Below, piece by piece: positions 9,968 to 19,019 of a DNA stretch of 64,000 bases (the stretch's first letter is position 1; each line of letters starts with the position of its first letter). Both the position numbers and the translations under genes were made by a program. The stretch comes from Candidatus Woesebacteria bacterium (GTDB lineage: Bacteria > Patescibacteriota > Microgenomatia > UBA1400 > PJMF01): assembly GCA_017999345.1 (NCBI GenBank), contig JAGNLY010000002.1, forward strand, positions 4,425 to 68,424. The letters run 5' to 3'. The notes beneath the pieces are model-generated. The model saw only the letters and a program-made list of their open reading frames with translations, was not told the origin of the DNA and did not search any database.

Positions 9968-10064
9968 GTTACGCTCCTTTCTATTTCGTCCTAAGGTGCA
10001 CTTGGAATCTGTTAGTGAAATAAAACACTGACAAATGGACAAAACTTAATTATTATTAGAGGTA

Positions 10065-10958
10065 TTATAACACAAAATAATCTGGGGTGAACTTATTGTC
10101 TACTAAATCTTGCCAAAATTGGTCATTCATCAAACCGCCACTCATATCAAAATAAACTTGCTTAACAATTTCATACTCATTTTTTAAAGCTTCTTTAATT
10201 TTTGGATCATTCTCCTGATCGATTCTTTCTAAAAACCTTTTGTGACTTTCATAAATCATAATTTGTTCAGCTAATTCTGGCATATCCTCAAAAGTGCCTT
10301 GCTTCCTTTCAGGACTTGCCTTTGCACCAGAATTAAAATTTTTACGATACTCAAAATAATCATCAATTGACTTGAAACGATAAGTCAAAAGATGAAAGAT
10401 TTCATGATGAAAAGTGCATTTAAAAGAATGCAAATCATCTCTATTAAATTCTAAAGTTATATCAGTGAGACTAGCTGCTAATCCATAAATTGGTTCGTCA
10501 AACCATTTCATATTATTTGAAAGTCGAACGCCTTTAATATTATTTTTTACAAAAAAATCTTGAGGATATTTGGCTGCTTCTTGTGAGATTAGAAACAAAC
10601 TATCTCTTAGATCAGGCATTGATATATCAATACCGTCTCCTACAAAACCGGCTGTCAAAAAACTTAAAATCTTATCTTTGCCATTAAATATTTCAAGATC
10701 GTATGTATTTTTTAAATAAATTAATGAATTTTTTATTGTCTCAATTATTGTCTCATCAATATTTTCGTTGCTTTCAAGACTCTCTGGAGTTACAAGTCCA
10801 TTTGATTCTCTGATAAGTGGTCTAAGTTTTGGCTTTATAAAAAGTTCATTGGTAGCCGCGGCAGCTCCAAGAAATATTAATTGGAAAAGGTGTCTTCTTG
10901 AAACATTATTTTTATTCTTTGATTTTGACTTTTCAACAGTTTCCTCAGCTCTATTCAT
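10065..10958 (-). CDS. putative secreted zinc metallopeptidase (HExxH), family unknown
   Basis: HHEIFH motif (HExxH); N-terminus SRRHLFQLIFLGAAAA resembles a twin-arginine signal peptide. Confidence 0.45.
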   Translation of the reverse strand: MNRAEETVEKSKSKNKNNVSRRHLFQLIFLGAAAATNELFIKPKLRPLIRESNGLVTPESLESNENIDETIIETIKNSLIYLKNTYDLEIFNGKDKILSFLTAGFVGDGIDISMPDLRDSLFLISQEAAKYPQDFFVKNNIKGVRLSNNMKWFDEPIYGLAASLTDITLEFNRDDLHSFKCTFHHEIFHLLTYRFKSIDDYFEYRKNFNSGAKASPERKQGTFEDMPELAEQIMIYESHKRFLERIDQENDPKIKEALKNEYEIVKQVYFDMSGGLMNDQFWQDLVDNKFTPDYFVL

Positions 10959-10977
10959 AGTTACTATTTTAAACTAT

Positions 10978-12060
10978 TTAGCTACCAATCATGAACTCAA
11001 CCACATCATCTGCTCTCATTTCGTAATCTTTACCTTCAATTCTTTGTTTTCCTTTTTCCTTAGTACCTTTCCAACCGTCAAAATCTAGAAAATCTTGATA
11101 AGAAACTACTTTAGCCTTAATGAATTTTTTCTCAAAATCAGTGTGGATCACACCAGCGGCTTGAGGCGCGAACATGCCTTTTTTAATTGTCCAAGCTCTG
11201 ACTTCAATCTCACCTGCGGTCAAATAGGTTTGCAAACCAAGTCGGTCATATGCCTTTTGTATCAACCTTTCTAAACCACTTTTCTTTAATCCTAATTCTT
11301 CCAAAAATAAAGCTGAATCTTCATCGCCCAATGACGCAATCTCACTTTCAATTTTGGCACTAATAATCACAATTTGATCTGGAGAAACATTTAAAAGATC
11401 AACATAATTTTTAGTTTGAGAATCCTGCTCACTAATCACATTTTCATCAACATTAATAATGTAAATAATTTCTTTGGCAGTGAGCAATCCCATTTCTCGA
11501 CCTACTTTTTTTTCTGCCTCAGAATTAAGTACGGAAGAAATCAATTTGCCTTCCATTGCAGCTTGAAGCATTTTTTGAGTCACATCCCACCTAAACAAGA
11601 GATCTTTATCTTTAGTTGCCTTTGGTTGCTTTTGCTTTTCTAAGGTAGCAATATCTGCCAATAGCAACTCCATCTCGATTATCTCTCGATCTGATTTTGG
11701 ATCAGTACTACCCTCACGCAGTATTGAGTCATCGCTAAAACCCCTAACAACGTGGCAAATTAAATCAGTTTCTCGAATATTTGCTAAAAATTTATTTCCC
11801 AAACCTTCACCTTTGCTAGCTCCAGCCACAAGTCCAGCGATATCAACAAACTCCACAGTGGCTGGTTTTATTACCTGAGTACCAACTGCTTTGGCCAAAA
11901 CTTCCAAACGATCGTCAGGCACTGGAACAATTCCCGTATTTGGATCTATAGTTGCGAAAGGATAATTAGCGGCAAGTGCAGCTTGGCGTTTTAGAAGTGC
12001 GTTAAATAAAGTAGATTTTCCTACGTTTGGTAAGCCAACTATTCCGACAGATAAAGACAT
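10978..12060 (-). CDS. ychF: ribosome-binding ATPase YchF
   Basis: GLPNVGKST P-loop, DIAGLV, coiled insert and C-terminal TGS-like domain; 360 aa. Confidence 0.95.
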   Translation of the reverse strand: MSLSVGIVGLPNVGKSTLFNALLKRQAALAANYPFATIDPNTGIVPVPDDRLEVLAKAVGTQVIKPATVEFVDIAGLVAGASKGEGLGNKFLANIRETDLICHVVRGFSDDSILREGSTDPKSDREIIEMELLLADIATLEKQKQPKATKDKDLLFRWDVTQKMLQAAMEGKLISSVLNSEAEKKVGREMGLLTAKEIIYIINVDENVISEQDSQTKNYVDLLNVSPDQIVIISAKIESEIASLGDEDSALFLEELGLKKSGLERLIQKAYDRLGLQTYLTAGEIEVRAWTIKKGMFAPQAAGVIHTDFEKKFIKAKVVSYQDFLDFDGWKGTKEKGKQRIEGKDYEMRADDVVEFMIGS

Positions 12061-12111
12061 ATAGGATGTATTTTATCAGGTTTAGGTGAAATCAGTAGAC
12101 TGCTTAGAAAC

Positions 12112-13041
12112 TTAATCTTTTACAATCTCTTCTTTTTCCATGTCTTCTTTTTCTTTAGCATCTATTAAGTCCATTTTTGACATGACAGACATAACTTTTT
12201 GAATCTGATCCAAAGTAAAGGTTTCGTAATCATCCTCAGGTGTCATTAGTCCATCTGCTTTAGTAAAAATCAAAGATATCGTTTTAATTATATCTTGATT
12301 TTTATAACTGGAAGCAACAGTACGAGCATCTATACCTGCCACGACCTCATCTGCTTGAGTTGTTTTTTTCTGTAAAAAGTTCAATTTTACTAGTAAGTCA
12401 ATTGTTAATTTCAGATCAGCATCTTTCAAACCGAATAAATTCTCTAATCTTCGTTCAAATTGGCCAACCATAATAAAAACTGCATTTATTTCAGGAATGG
12501 TTATAATCATCTTTTCCAAGAGTCTCTTATCCTCTTGTTTCTGCAACGAATTAATATGTTTTAGGAAAAGCAGAGTTCTGTCTAAATCTTCAGCAGTACA
12601 ATCTTCAGAATCTTCTCTATGTGTTAGCATATCAACACTAAGTGCAGCCATTGAAACAGATGTAAATTCCAAGCATCTGGTGTTTCTGTGATCAATTGGC
12701 ACGCCTTTGGTATTAAAATGTTTTTCCTCAATAATAATATCTAGCTTTTCTAATATTTTCAGAGTTTTTCTAATATCTTCCTCATTTATTTCGACATCAT
12801 TTCTTGTTAGCTCAATTACTCTATCAGCAAAATCTCCAACCATAATAAGTGACTCTTGAACGTCGGGATCTTTGATTCTTCTTCTAACCTCTTTTTTTTC
12901 GGAGCCTGCATCTGCTTCTTTAGCTTTTGCCCTTGATAATTTTGCAACAATTTCATTAATAATTCTCCTAAGTCTGTCTCCACCTCTAGATTTTGGAGCG
13001 CCCTCTTTATGAGTTTTTTCTGCCTCTGATCTACCTTGCAT
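12112..13041 (-). CDS. hypothetical charged protein with internal repeats
   Basis: 309-aa ORF, SD AAGGA upstream; repeated IMVGxFxxR.. and ..I-x-K-x-L-x-I-L-x-K-L-D modules; no family recognised. Confidence 0.6.
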   Translation of the reverse strand: MQGRSEAEKTHKEGAPKSRGGDRLRRIINEIVAKLSRAKAKEADAGSEKKEVRRRIKDPDVQESLIMVGDFADRVIELTRNDVEINEEDIRKTLKILEKLDIIIEEKHFNTKGVPIDHRNTRCLEFTSVSMAALSVDMLTHREDSEDCTAEDLDRTLLFLKHINSLQKQEDKRLLEKMIITIPEINAVFIMVGQFERRLENLFGLKDADLKLTIDLLVKLNFLQKKTTQADEVVAGIDARTVASSYKNQDIIKTISLIFTKADGLMTPEDDYETFTLDQIQKVMSVMSKMDLIDAKEKEDMEKEEIVKD

Positions 13042-13141
13042 ATTTTTCCTTGATATAAAATAAAAAAATAATCAATGATAATTACAATATATCACTAACT
13101 TATTAAGTTGTCTTTAATTTAGGAGTTTGATTGAAATATTA

Positions 13142-14053
13142 TTAATTTACTTCTTTTGGTTTTTTCTCTTCAAAAGATTGAATTATCGCTGCTTTCAATA
13201 CATCTGGAGTGTAACCTGAAACAAAAGATAAATAAACATCTATCTGATAATTTTCTGAAGAACTTTCAGTGCCAGTATCTCTGGCCACTCGATCATAGAT
13301 TCTAATATTTAATCCAGTAACCTGATTTGAATCAATGTTTGCACTATAATCTTTCCATACTTGATTATTCATTTTAATCACATTAAGATCGAATCCAAGT
13401 AAATTTTTCAAAAAATCATTGAGCTCTGCATTAGAGGTAAAAGTCATTTTACCAGGTGCAGAAATTGAATCATATGAAAGTTTGGTCTGTTCCAGTCTTT
13501 GGCGTAATGCATCTTCTAGTGTTAACTTATTGCTAGTAGTCAAACTCTTTTGTTGAGTTTCAAGTATGCGTTTAAATATTTCTTCTTTTAATGCTTCTAT
13601 ATTCTTTAACAGTAGTTGTTTGTTCTGTTCACCCATCTTCTCCGCAATTTCAACTAATTTTTTCAATGGCGATTCATTTAATTGAGCCGCTTTTTCTTTA
13701 GTAACCTTATCATCAAGTTTATCTAAAACCAATCTAGCAACATCAATTTGCTCTTGGGTAGCGCCTTCAACACCATTCTTTAACATTTCGGCAACTGATC
13801 TAATTTTTGGATCTCCAAATTCTTCTGGTTTCCTAATATCAACATTTTCTAAGACAGTAGTTGTGTCTCTAGCCTCAACCTGATCCGTATCTTTAATTTG
13901 AGCTTGATCATGGTCTACAACACTAATTTCTTCAGAATGTGTCTTAGATTTTGTTTTTAAATATCTAGCTAACAGAGCGTCAAGATTTTTACCTATGTCT
14001 TGAAAACTAAATTTTTTTTCAACATTAACACCAGGTTGTTCTTGCGCTTGCAT
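13142..14053 (-). CDS. hypothetical charged protein
   Basis: 303-aa ORF with its own extended -10 promoter; shares the short EQIDVARLVLDKLD-type module with the neighbouring ORF. Confidence 0.6.
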   Translation of the reverse strand: MQAQEQPGVNVEKKFSFQDIGKNLDALLARYLKTKSKTHSEEISVVDHDQAQIKDTDQVEARDTTTVLENVDIRKPEEFGDPKIRSVAEMLKNGVEGATQEQIDVARLVLDKLDDKVTKEKAAQLNESPLKKLVEIAEKMGEQNKQLLLKNIEALKEEIFKRILETQQKSLTTSNKLTLEDALRQRLEQTKLSYDSISAPGKMTFTSNAELNDFLKNLLGFDLNVIKMNNQVWKDYSANIDSNQVTGLNIRIYDRVARDTGTESSSENYQIDVYLSFVSGYTPDVLKAAIIQSFEEKKPKEVN

Positions 14054-14107
14054 AAATTTCTTTCAAATTAATTATTTTAAATCAATAATACCAATATACC
14101 ACTAATT

Positions 14108-15697
14108 TTATTTACTCTCCAATTTTTGACCATCTGCAGAATCCAAGACCTTATAGCCTTTTTCTAGAAGCAAGTCTCTTAATTCGTCAGATTTTTTCCA
14201 GTCATTATTTTTTCGAGCCACTTCGCGCTCTGCTAAAATTTGTTTAACTTCTTCAGTTAACTCACTATTTTCACCAGAACCGTCATCGGTCAAACCGCCG
14301 TCAGTAGATTTTGAGCTAACTTTGCCTAATTTAATTTTTTGCAAAACAGCTGCTGCATTTTCCAAATCTAGCTGAAAAATTTCATTAAACTGCAACAAAA
14401 GTGACAGTTTGTCTTCTTTATTTATCTCTGTCGACTTAGTAACTTCCCAAAGCGTGGCCAAAGCTTGTGCTGTATTCAAGTTTTCTGCTAATGCTCCAAA
14501 AAACTTTGCTTTAAATTCTTTGGATTTTTCACTCAAATCGTCATCTTTGTTCGCTCTTTCAGATTTTTTCCCATTCTCATCTTTGACATCAGAATTTTTT
14601 TGCAAATCCGCCACCAATTTTAGCAATCTTTCATAACTTTTTTGCATCCCTGCTAAATTTTCCCAGGTAAAATTCATTTCAGATTGATAATGAGCCGACA
14701 TAAGCAATAATCTTAAGGCTCGTGGACTAAAACCGCGATTAATAATGTCATCAACAGTAAAAAAGTTACCCAATGATTTACTCATCTTAATACCATCTAC
14801 TTTCAACATATTGTGGTGAACCCAATATTTAACAAATGGCACCTTACCAGTCGCCGCCTCAGTTTGAGCAATTTCATTTGTGTGATGCACTGGGATATGA
14901 TCGATTCCTCCTGTATGAATATCAAACTGGTCGCCTAAATATTTCATTGACATCGCACTACATTCAATATGCCATCCTGGAAAACTTCTTTTATTCCAAG
15001 GACTTTCCCAAACCATGGCTCGATTCTCGCCTTCTCTTTCAAACTTCCACAAAGCAAAATCAGATGGATTTCTCTTACCTTCAACTTTTTCAACTCTAGA
15101 GCCTTCTTTTTGATGATCTAAATCTAAGCCAGCCATTTTCCCATATTCTGGAAACTTGCTGGTATCAAAGTAAACACCGTCATTTTCAATAACGTATGTG
15201 TATCCTTTTTCCTCAAGTTTTTTGACTAAATTTAGCTGTTCTTCAATGTGCTCAGTGGCTCTGGTACTTTTATCTGGTCGCAAATTACCCATCAAATCCA
15301 TACTTCTAAAAAAGTAATCTTCAAACTCTCGGGCAATTTCCCAAACAGTTTTACCATATTTTTTAGCACCCTTTTCTAATTTGTCTTCACCAGTATCTTC
15401 ATCTGATGCAAGATGGCCAACGTCAGTGACATTTTGAATAAAATTCACTTGATAACCCTCATGTTTGAGCATTCTAACCAGAACATCATCCATCGTGTAT
15501 TTTCTTAAATGACCGAGATGAGTGTAGTCATAAACTGTAAGTCCGCAGGCATATAAACCAACTTTTTTGCTGCCGCCAGCTGGAGAGTCACCACTGGGTT
15601 TTTGCCCAGCACTGGCTTGACTGCCGCCATCAAGCTCGCCGCCATCAAATGGTTCAAAATTTTCAACTTTTTTGGTCAGAGTGTTATAAAGTTTCAT
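14108..15697 (-). CDS. cysS: cysteinyl-tRNA synthetase
   Basis: HLGH (HIGH-type) and KMSKSLGNF motifs, WHIECSAM zinc site; carries low-complexity inserts near both termini. Confidence 0.95.
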   Translation of the reverse strand: MKLYNTLTKKVENFEPFDGGELDGGSQASAGQKPSGDSPAGGSKKVGLYACGLTVYDYTHLGHLRKYTMDDVLVRMLKHEGYQVNFIQNVTDVGHLASDEDTGEDKLEKGAKKYGKTVWEIAREFEDYFFRSMDLMGNLRPDKSTRATEHIEEQLNLVKKLEEKGYTYVIENDGVYFDTSKFPEYGKMAGLDLDHQKEGSRVEKVEGKRNPSDFALWKFEREGENRAMVWESPWNKRSFPGWHIECSAMSMKYLGDQFDIHTGGIDHIPVHHTNEIAQTEAATGKVPFVKYWVHHNMLKVDGIKMSKSLGNFFTVDDIINRGFSPRALRLLLMSAHYQSEMNFTWENLAGMQKSYERLLKLVADLQKNSDVKDENGKKSERANKDDDLSEKSKEFKAKFFGALAENLNTAQALATLWEVTKSTEINKEDKLSLLLQFNEIFQLDLENAAAVLQKIKLGKVSSKSTDGGLTDDGSGENSELTEEVKQILAEREVARKNNDWKKSDELRDLLLEKGYKVLDSADGQKLESK

Positions 15698-15708
15698 ATT
15701 AATTTAAT

Positions 15709-16335
15709 CTATTCTCCTTGGCTGTTGGATAAAGTTGTTCTATCTTGTTTCATTTTATGTAGGACTTGTTGTTTTCTAGTTTTACCACCATTCTGCGCAC
15801 CTTTTTGTGGACCAGCAGGCATTTCAAAACCTTGTTCAGATTGCTGAGCTTCCATTTCTTTTCTCTGGCGATCTTCTCTTTCCTGGGCGTGTTTTTTTTC
15901 CATTTTTTCTTGATACATTTGTCTAGCCACACCTTGTTGCTCTTGATCAAGTCTTTGATAATTAGCATGAAATTCTTTTGCCTCAGCTTGTTCTTCTGGG
16001 GTCATTCCTTCAGGATTAATGCCAAGCCAAGTATTTATTGAGAAAAATTGTTTTACTTCTTTCCAAACATCTTCTGCTCCTCGCTTAGCTTCTTCAGGAA
16101 TTTCCGCTACCTCTCTTGGCTCCACCGGGGCTGGGGCTCCAGCATTTCCCATGCCATGTCCTGAAGAATTATGTGAACCTGCTGCTCCAGAGTTAGCGCC
16201 AGAACCACCGCCACTTTTAGACATAGCTTGCATGATAGCATTCTCATCGGGATTTTCACCAAAACCACCACCAAATCCTCCCATACCTCCTGGATTACCC
16301 ATTCCTGAACCATTGCCTGGAGCTGGAGAAAACAT
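15709..16335 (-). CDS. hypothetical Gly-rich / Glu-Gln-rich low-complexity protein
   Basis: 208-aa ORF directly abutting the upstream ORF; locally GC-rich so several overlapping frames are open; longest co-directional frame chosen. Confidence 0.5.
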   Translation of the reverse strand: MFSPAPGNGSGMGNPGGMGGFGGGFGENPDENAIMQAMSKSGGGSGANSGAAGSHNSSGHGMGNAGAPAPVEPREVAEIPEEAKRGAEDVWKEVKQFFSINTWLGINPEGMTPEEQAEAKEFHANYQRLDQEQQGVARQMYQEKMEKKHAQEREDRQRKEMEAQQSEQGFEMPAGPQKGAQNGGKTRKQQVLHKMKQDRTTLSNSQGE

Positions 16336-16336
16336 T

Positions 16337-16726
16337 TTAAACCTTTGTATGATCTAATTGATTAATTTCATAACCATCTGAAGCCACAACTTTTTGAGCG
16401 TCTTCATCATGCTTTTTAGAATCTTGTTGAACTCTGGCTTTGTATTGGTCAGTATCCTTAATTTTAACAATCGCCTCTCGATGTTCTTTTAGTTTTAGCT
16501 CATCGTCTGCTTTTTGTTCAGCTTGTTGTTTTTCAAATTCCAGTCTTTTTGCTTCCAGCTCTTTGGCCAAATCTTCCTCTGCCTTTTCTTTAGCTTTTTG
16601 AGCATCATCTGGAGACACTCCTCCTGCGGGTCCACCACCGGCTGAGTTGGCACCACCTTTTGAGCTATTAGCTTGATTAAGTAACTCTTCTAAAACATCT
16701 AAGGGATTTTTGTTATCGTCTGCCAT
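16337..16726 (-). CDS. hypothetical coiled-coil charged protein
   Basis: 129-aa ORF, heptad-like KEKAEEDLAKELEAKRLEFEKQQAEQK; no family recognised. Confidence 0.5.
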   Translation of the reverse strand: MADDNKNPLDVLEELLNQANSSKGGANSAGGGPAGGVSPDDAQKAKEKAEEDLAKELEAKRLEFEKQQAEQKADDELKLKEHREAIVKIKDTDQYKARVQQDSKKHDEDAQKVVASDGYEINQLDHTKV

Positions 16727-16782
16727 AATAATTACATTGTAAGATACAGTTGCAAACGTTACAAGTCATATCTTAAAAGAAA

Positions 16783-17121
16783 CTAACTTGTTAGCGAAAC
16801 TTTTTCGTGAGATCTCTTGATCGTTTTTCTTTTTTCATTCACTTTTCTAAGTTTTCTAACAGCGCTGGTGGTTGCTTCCACAATTGCATCGTACATATTA
16901 GTTGATTTACTCTTCACAACAATGTTTTTTCCAGGAACATCCAAAAAATAGGTCACAATATTAGAATTTTTATCCATCTTTTTCTTGCTGATTTTTTCTA
17001 GATGAATTCTAATTCCCAAAACACTTTTCCCGAGCTTGCTCACTTTGCTTGCTTGTTTTTGAGCAAACAACCTGATGGCTTGGGTTACCTTCATCTTTTT
17101 TGACTCGACTAATACTGTCAT
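16783..17121 (-). CDS. hpf: ribosome hibernation promoting factor (HPF/RaiA family)
   Basis: MKVTQAIRLFAQKQ..IRIHL..VPGKNIVVKSKSTNMYDAIVEATTSAVRKLRK matches the beta-alpha-beta-beta-beta-alpha HPF pattern; AGGAGG 6 nt before ATG 17121. Confidence 0.8.
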   Translation of the reverse strand: MTVLVESKKMKVTQAIRLFAQKQASKVSKLGKSVLGIRIHLEKISKKKMDKNSNIVTYFLDVPGKNIVVKSKSTNMYDAIVEATTSAVRKLRKVNEKRKTIKRSHEKVSLTS

Positions 17122-17374
17122 ATAAATCCTCCTGCCTTTAAAGGCATTGTTTATACTTTGAATCAACGTACTATGTGCGATTTTCCTGAGAATTTGCTGA
17201 TTTTTTACCTCCTTTATACAAAAAAACCACCCATTCTTTTTATTAAGAATTTAGGCGGTTTGAGTTATTGATATAAATAACCATCTACTTAAATAGTACC
17301 ACTAAAAATTTATTTTTTAACAGGATAAATATGATTTTAAAGTTAGGCAAAGGCAAATAATCAATATAAAATTC

Positions 17375-17983
17375 TTAAATCTTCCTTCTACCTTCCAAAG
17401 CTCTGGTTAGAGTAACGCCATCTGCATATTCAATATCAGCGCCAATTGGCAAACCATGTCCAATTCTAGTAATAATAATTTTCTCAGAATTAACTTTTGA
17501 GTTTTTATTGAGATATTCAGATATGTATAAAGCAGTTGCTTCTCCCTCCATTGTTGGGTTTGTAGCAATAATTAGTTCTTCAACTTCATCCAAACGATTG
17601 GCTAAATCATGAAGAAAAAGCTGTTCAGGACCAATATTATTAAGAGGAGCTATGCTTCCATGCAAAACATGATAATAGCCTTTGAATGAATTAGAACGTT
17701 CCAATGCCAAAACATCGAGTGGCTGCTCCACTACACAAAGTACAGTGCTCTCTCTTGTGCTATCAGAACATACCTCGCAAGGATTTGATTCACTAACATT
17801 GTGACAAATATCACATAGAACAGTATTTTTTTTCAGCTCAGTTAGTTTTTTTGAAAAATCTTCTAGCTCATGATCAGGATTATGTAATAAATAGAAAACT
17901 AAACGTTGGGCAGATTTTGGTCCAATTCCAGGTAATTTCTCGAATTTTTCAATTAAATTTTGGACTGCTCTTGGCAACTTCAT
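17375..17983 (-). CDS. recR: recombination protein RecR
   Basis: GIGPKSAQRL helix-hairpin-helix, C4 zinc finger CDICHN..CEVC, Toprim domain; 202 aa. Confidence 0.95.
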   Translation of the reverse strand: MKLPRAVQNLIEKFEKLPGIGPKSAQRLVFYLLHNPDHELEDFSKKLTELKKNTVLCDICHNVSESNPCEVCSDSTRESTVLCVVEQPLDVLALERSNSFKGYYHVLHGSIAPLNNIGPEQLFLHDLANRLDEVEELIIATNPTMEGEATALYISEYLNKNSKVNSEKIIITRIGHGLPIGADIEYADGVTLTRALEGRRKI

Positions 17984-18076
17984 AGTTTCTTTCTCTAATC
18001 AGGGTTTTATACTACAAAGCTTTCGGAGTTTAAGCAATAGAAAAGTAATAAAAAATATTATAAATAGATCAAACTA

Positions 18077-18105
18077 TTGACTCTAAATGTTTTCTATCCT
18101 ATAAT
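18077..18105 (+). promoter_or_regulatory. sigma70-type promoter TTGACT-N17-TATAAT
   Basis: TTGACT 18077-18082, 17-nt spacer, TATAAT 18100-18105; ATG of the downstream ORF is only 9 nt after the -10 box, with no SD (leaderless-type). Confidence 0.55.
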
Positions 18106-18114
18106 TAATGAAAT

Positions 18115-19008
18115 ATGATCGCAAAAGGTGAACATCTATCTAGACTTCTTTCAGCAGTTGAGGGCATGCCTCTTCAACAAGCTCTTGATGTATTCAGTTC
18201 TGCAAACATTGATTCAATTCACTTGCTAGAAAATTTTGAAACCGAAAAACTGATCGCCGAAATTATTGAAAGTAATCAAGAAAAAACTAATACTGAAACC
18301 AGTAAAACTGAAAACGACCACGAAGATACAACTCAAGAAATTAGTTGGAGATTAATTGCTCACCCGTACTTAAGAAAAGAAAACAATACTTATAGAAAAG
18401 GAAAATCAGTTCCACCAGAGGTAAAAATTATGTTTACTGTTGGTAATGGAGAGGATGATGATTTAGGCACCATGAAAGATTTTTCTGGCGAAAAAATAAG
18501 AAACAAAGATGATGGAGGTTTGTACAAACAGCCAGAAATTGATGAAGTTCTAGGTGTTATTTCTAGATTCATAGAAAACAAAGGTGATACTGAAGTTGAG
18601 GTTTTATCTGAAATTGCTGATATTTTTTATAATTTAATCCATCTAACGGAAACAGATAGTGATGCTAAGCCAACTTATATTAAGGGATTCAAAAAACTTA
18701 TAGACATAATTGGATATACTCCACAACAAGCAAATCTATTGGCAATTGCTAAATATCATTATCGCATGTTTAAAAATGGTGGAAAAAACGGTTTTAAAAT
18801 AGAAAATAATTTTATAGAGCAACTTCTAAACGAAGGAAAAATTCCAAAAATAACCACCATTCAGGCTTCAAATTTTGCAAAAAAACTAAAAGTTTTTGGC
18901 AAAAAAGTTTTGCTATCAAGACTAAGTACTCTAGAGGTTGAATTTTCAGACAAAAGTGATGGACTTATCACAAATGCTCTTATTAGCACTTTTGATGAAG
19001 AAAAGTAA
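18115..19008 (+). CDS. hypothetical protein with possible MazG/HisE-like all-alpha NTP pyrophosphohydrolase region
   Basis: 297 aa; EVLSEIADIFYNLIHL and AIAKYHYR resemble the E..aD..Y.l..L and KY..R helices of MazG/PRA-PH folds; weak. Confidence 0.4.
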   Translation: MIAKGEHLSRLLSAVEGMPLQQALDVFSSANIDSIHLLENFETEKLIAEIIESNQEKTNTETSKTENDHEDTTQEISWRLIAHPYLRKENNTYRKGKSVPPEVKIMFTVGNGEDDDLGTMKDFSGEKIRNKDDGGLYKQPEIDEVLGVISRFIENKGDTEVEVLSEIADIFYNLIHLTETDSDAKPTYIKGFKKLIDIIGYTPQQANLLAIAKYHYRMFKNGGKNGFKIENNFIEQLLNEGKIPKITTIQASNFAKKLKVFGKKVLLSRLSTLEVEFSDKSDGLITNALISTFDEEK

Positions 19009-19019
19009 AAACAGTTTAT

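Noticed and set aside
15750-16357. Four extra open frames (15750-15968, 15766-16041, 16019-16357, 16107-16313) over the Gly-rich gene
   Set aside because: The locally GC-rich, repetitive Gly/Pro/Ala codon tract keeps several frames open. Only the 15709-16335 frame is co-directional and abuts the upstream ORF. The frame choice nonetheless remains unverified.
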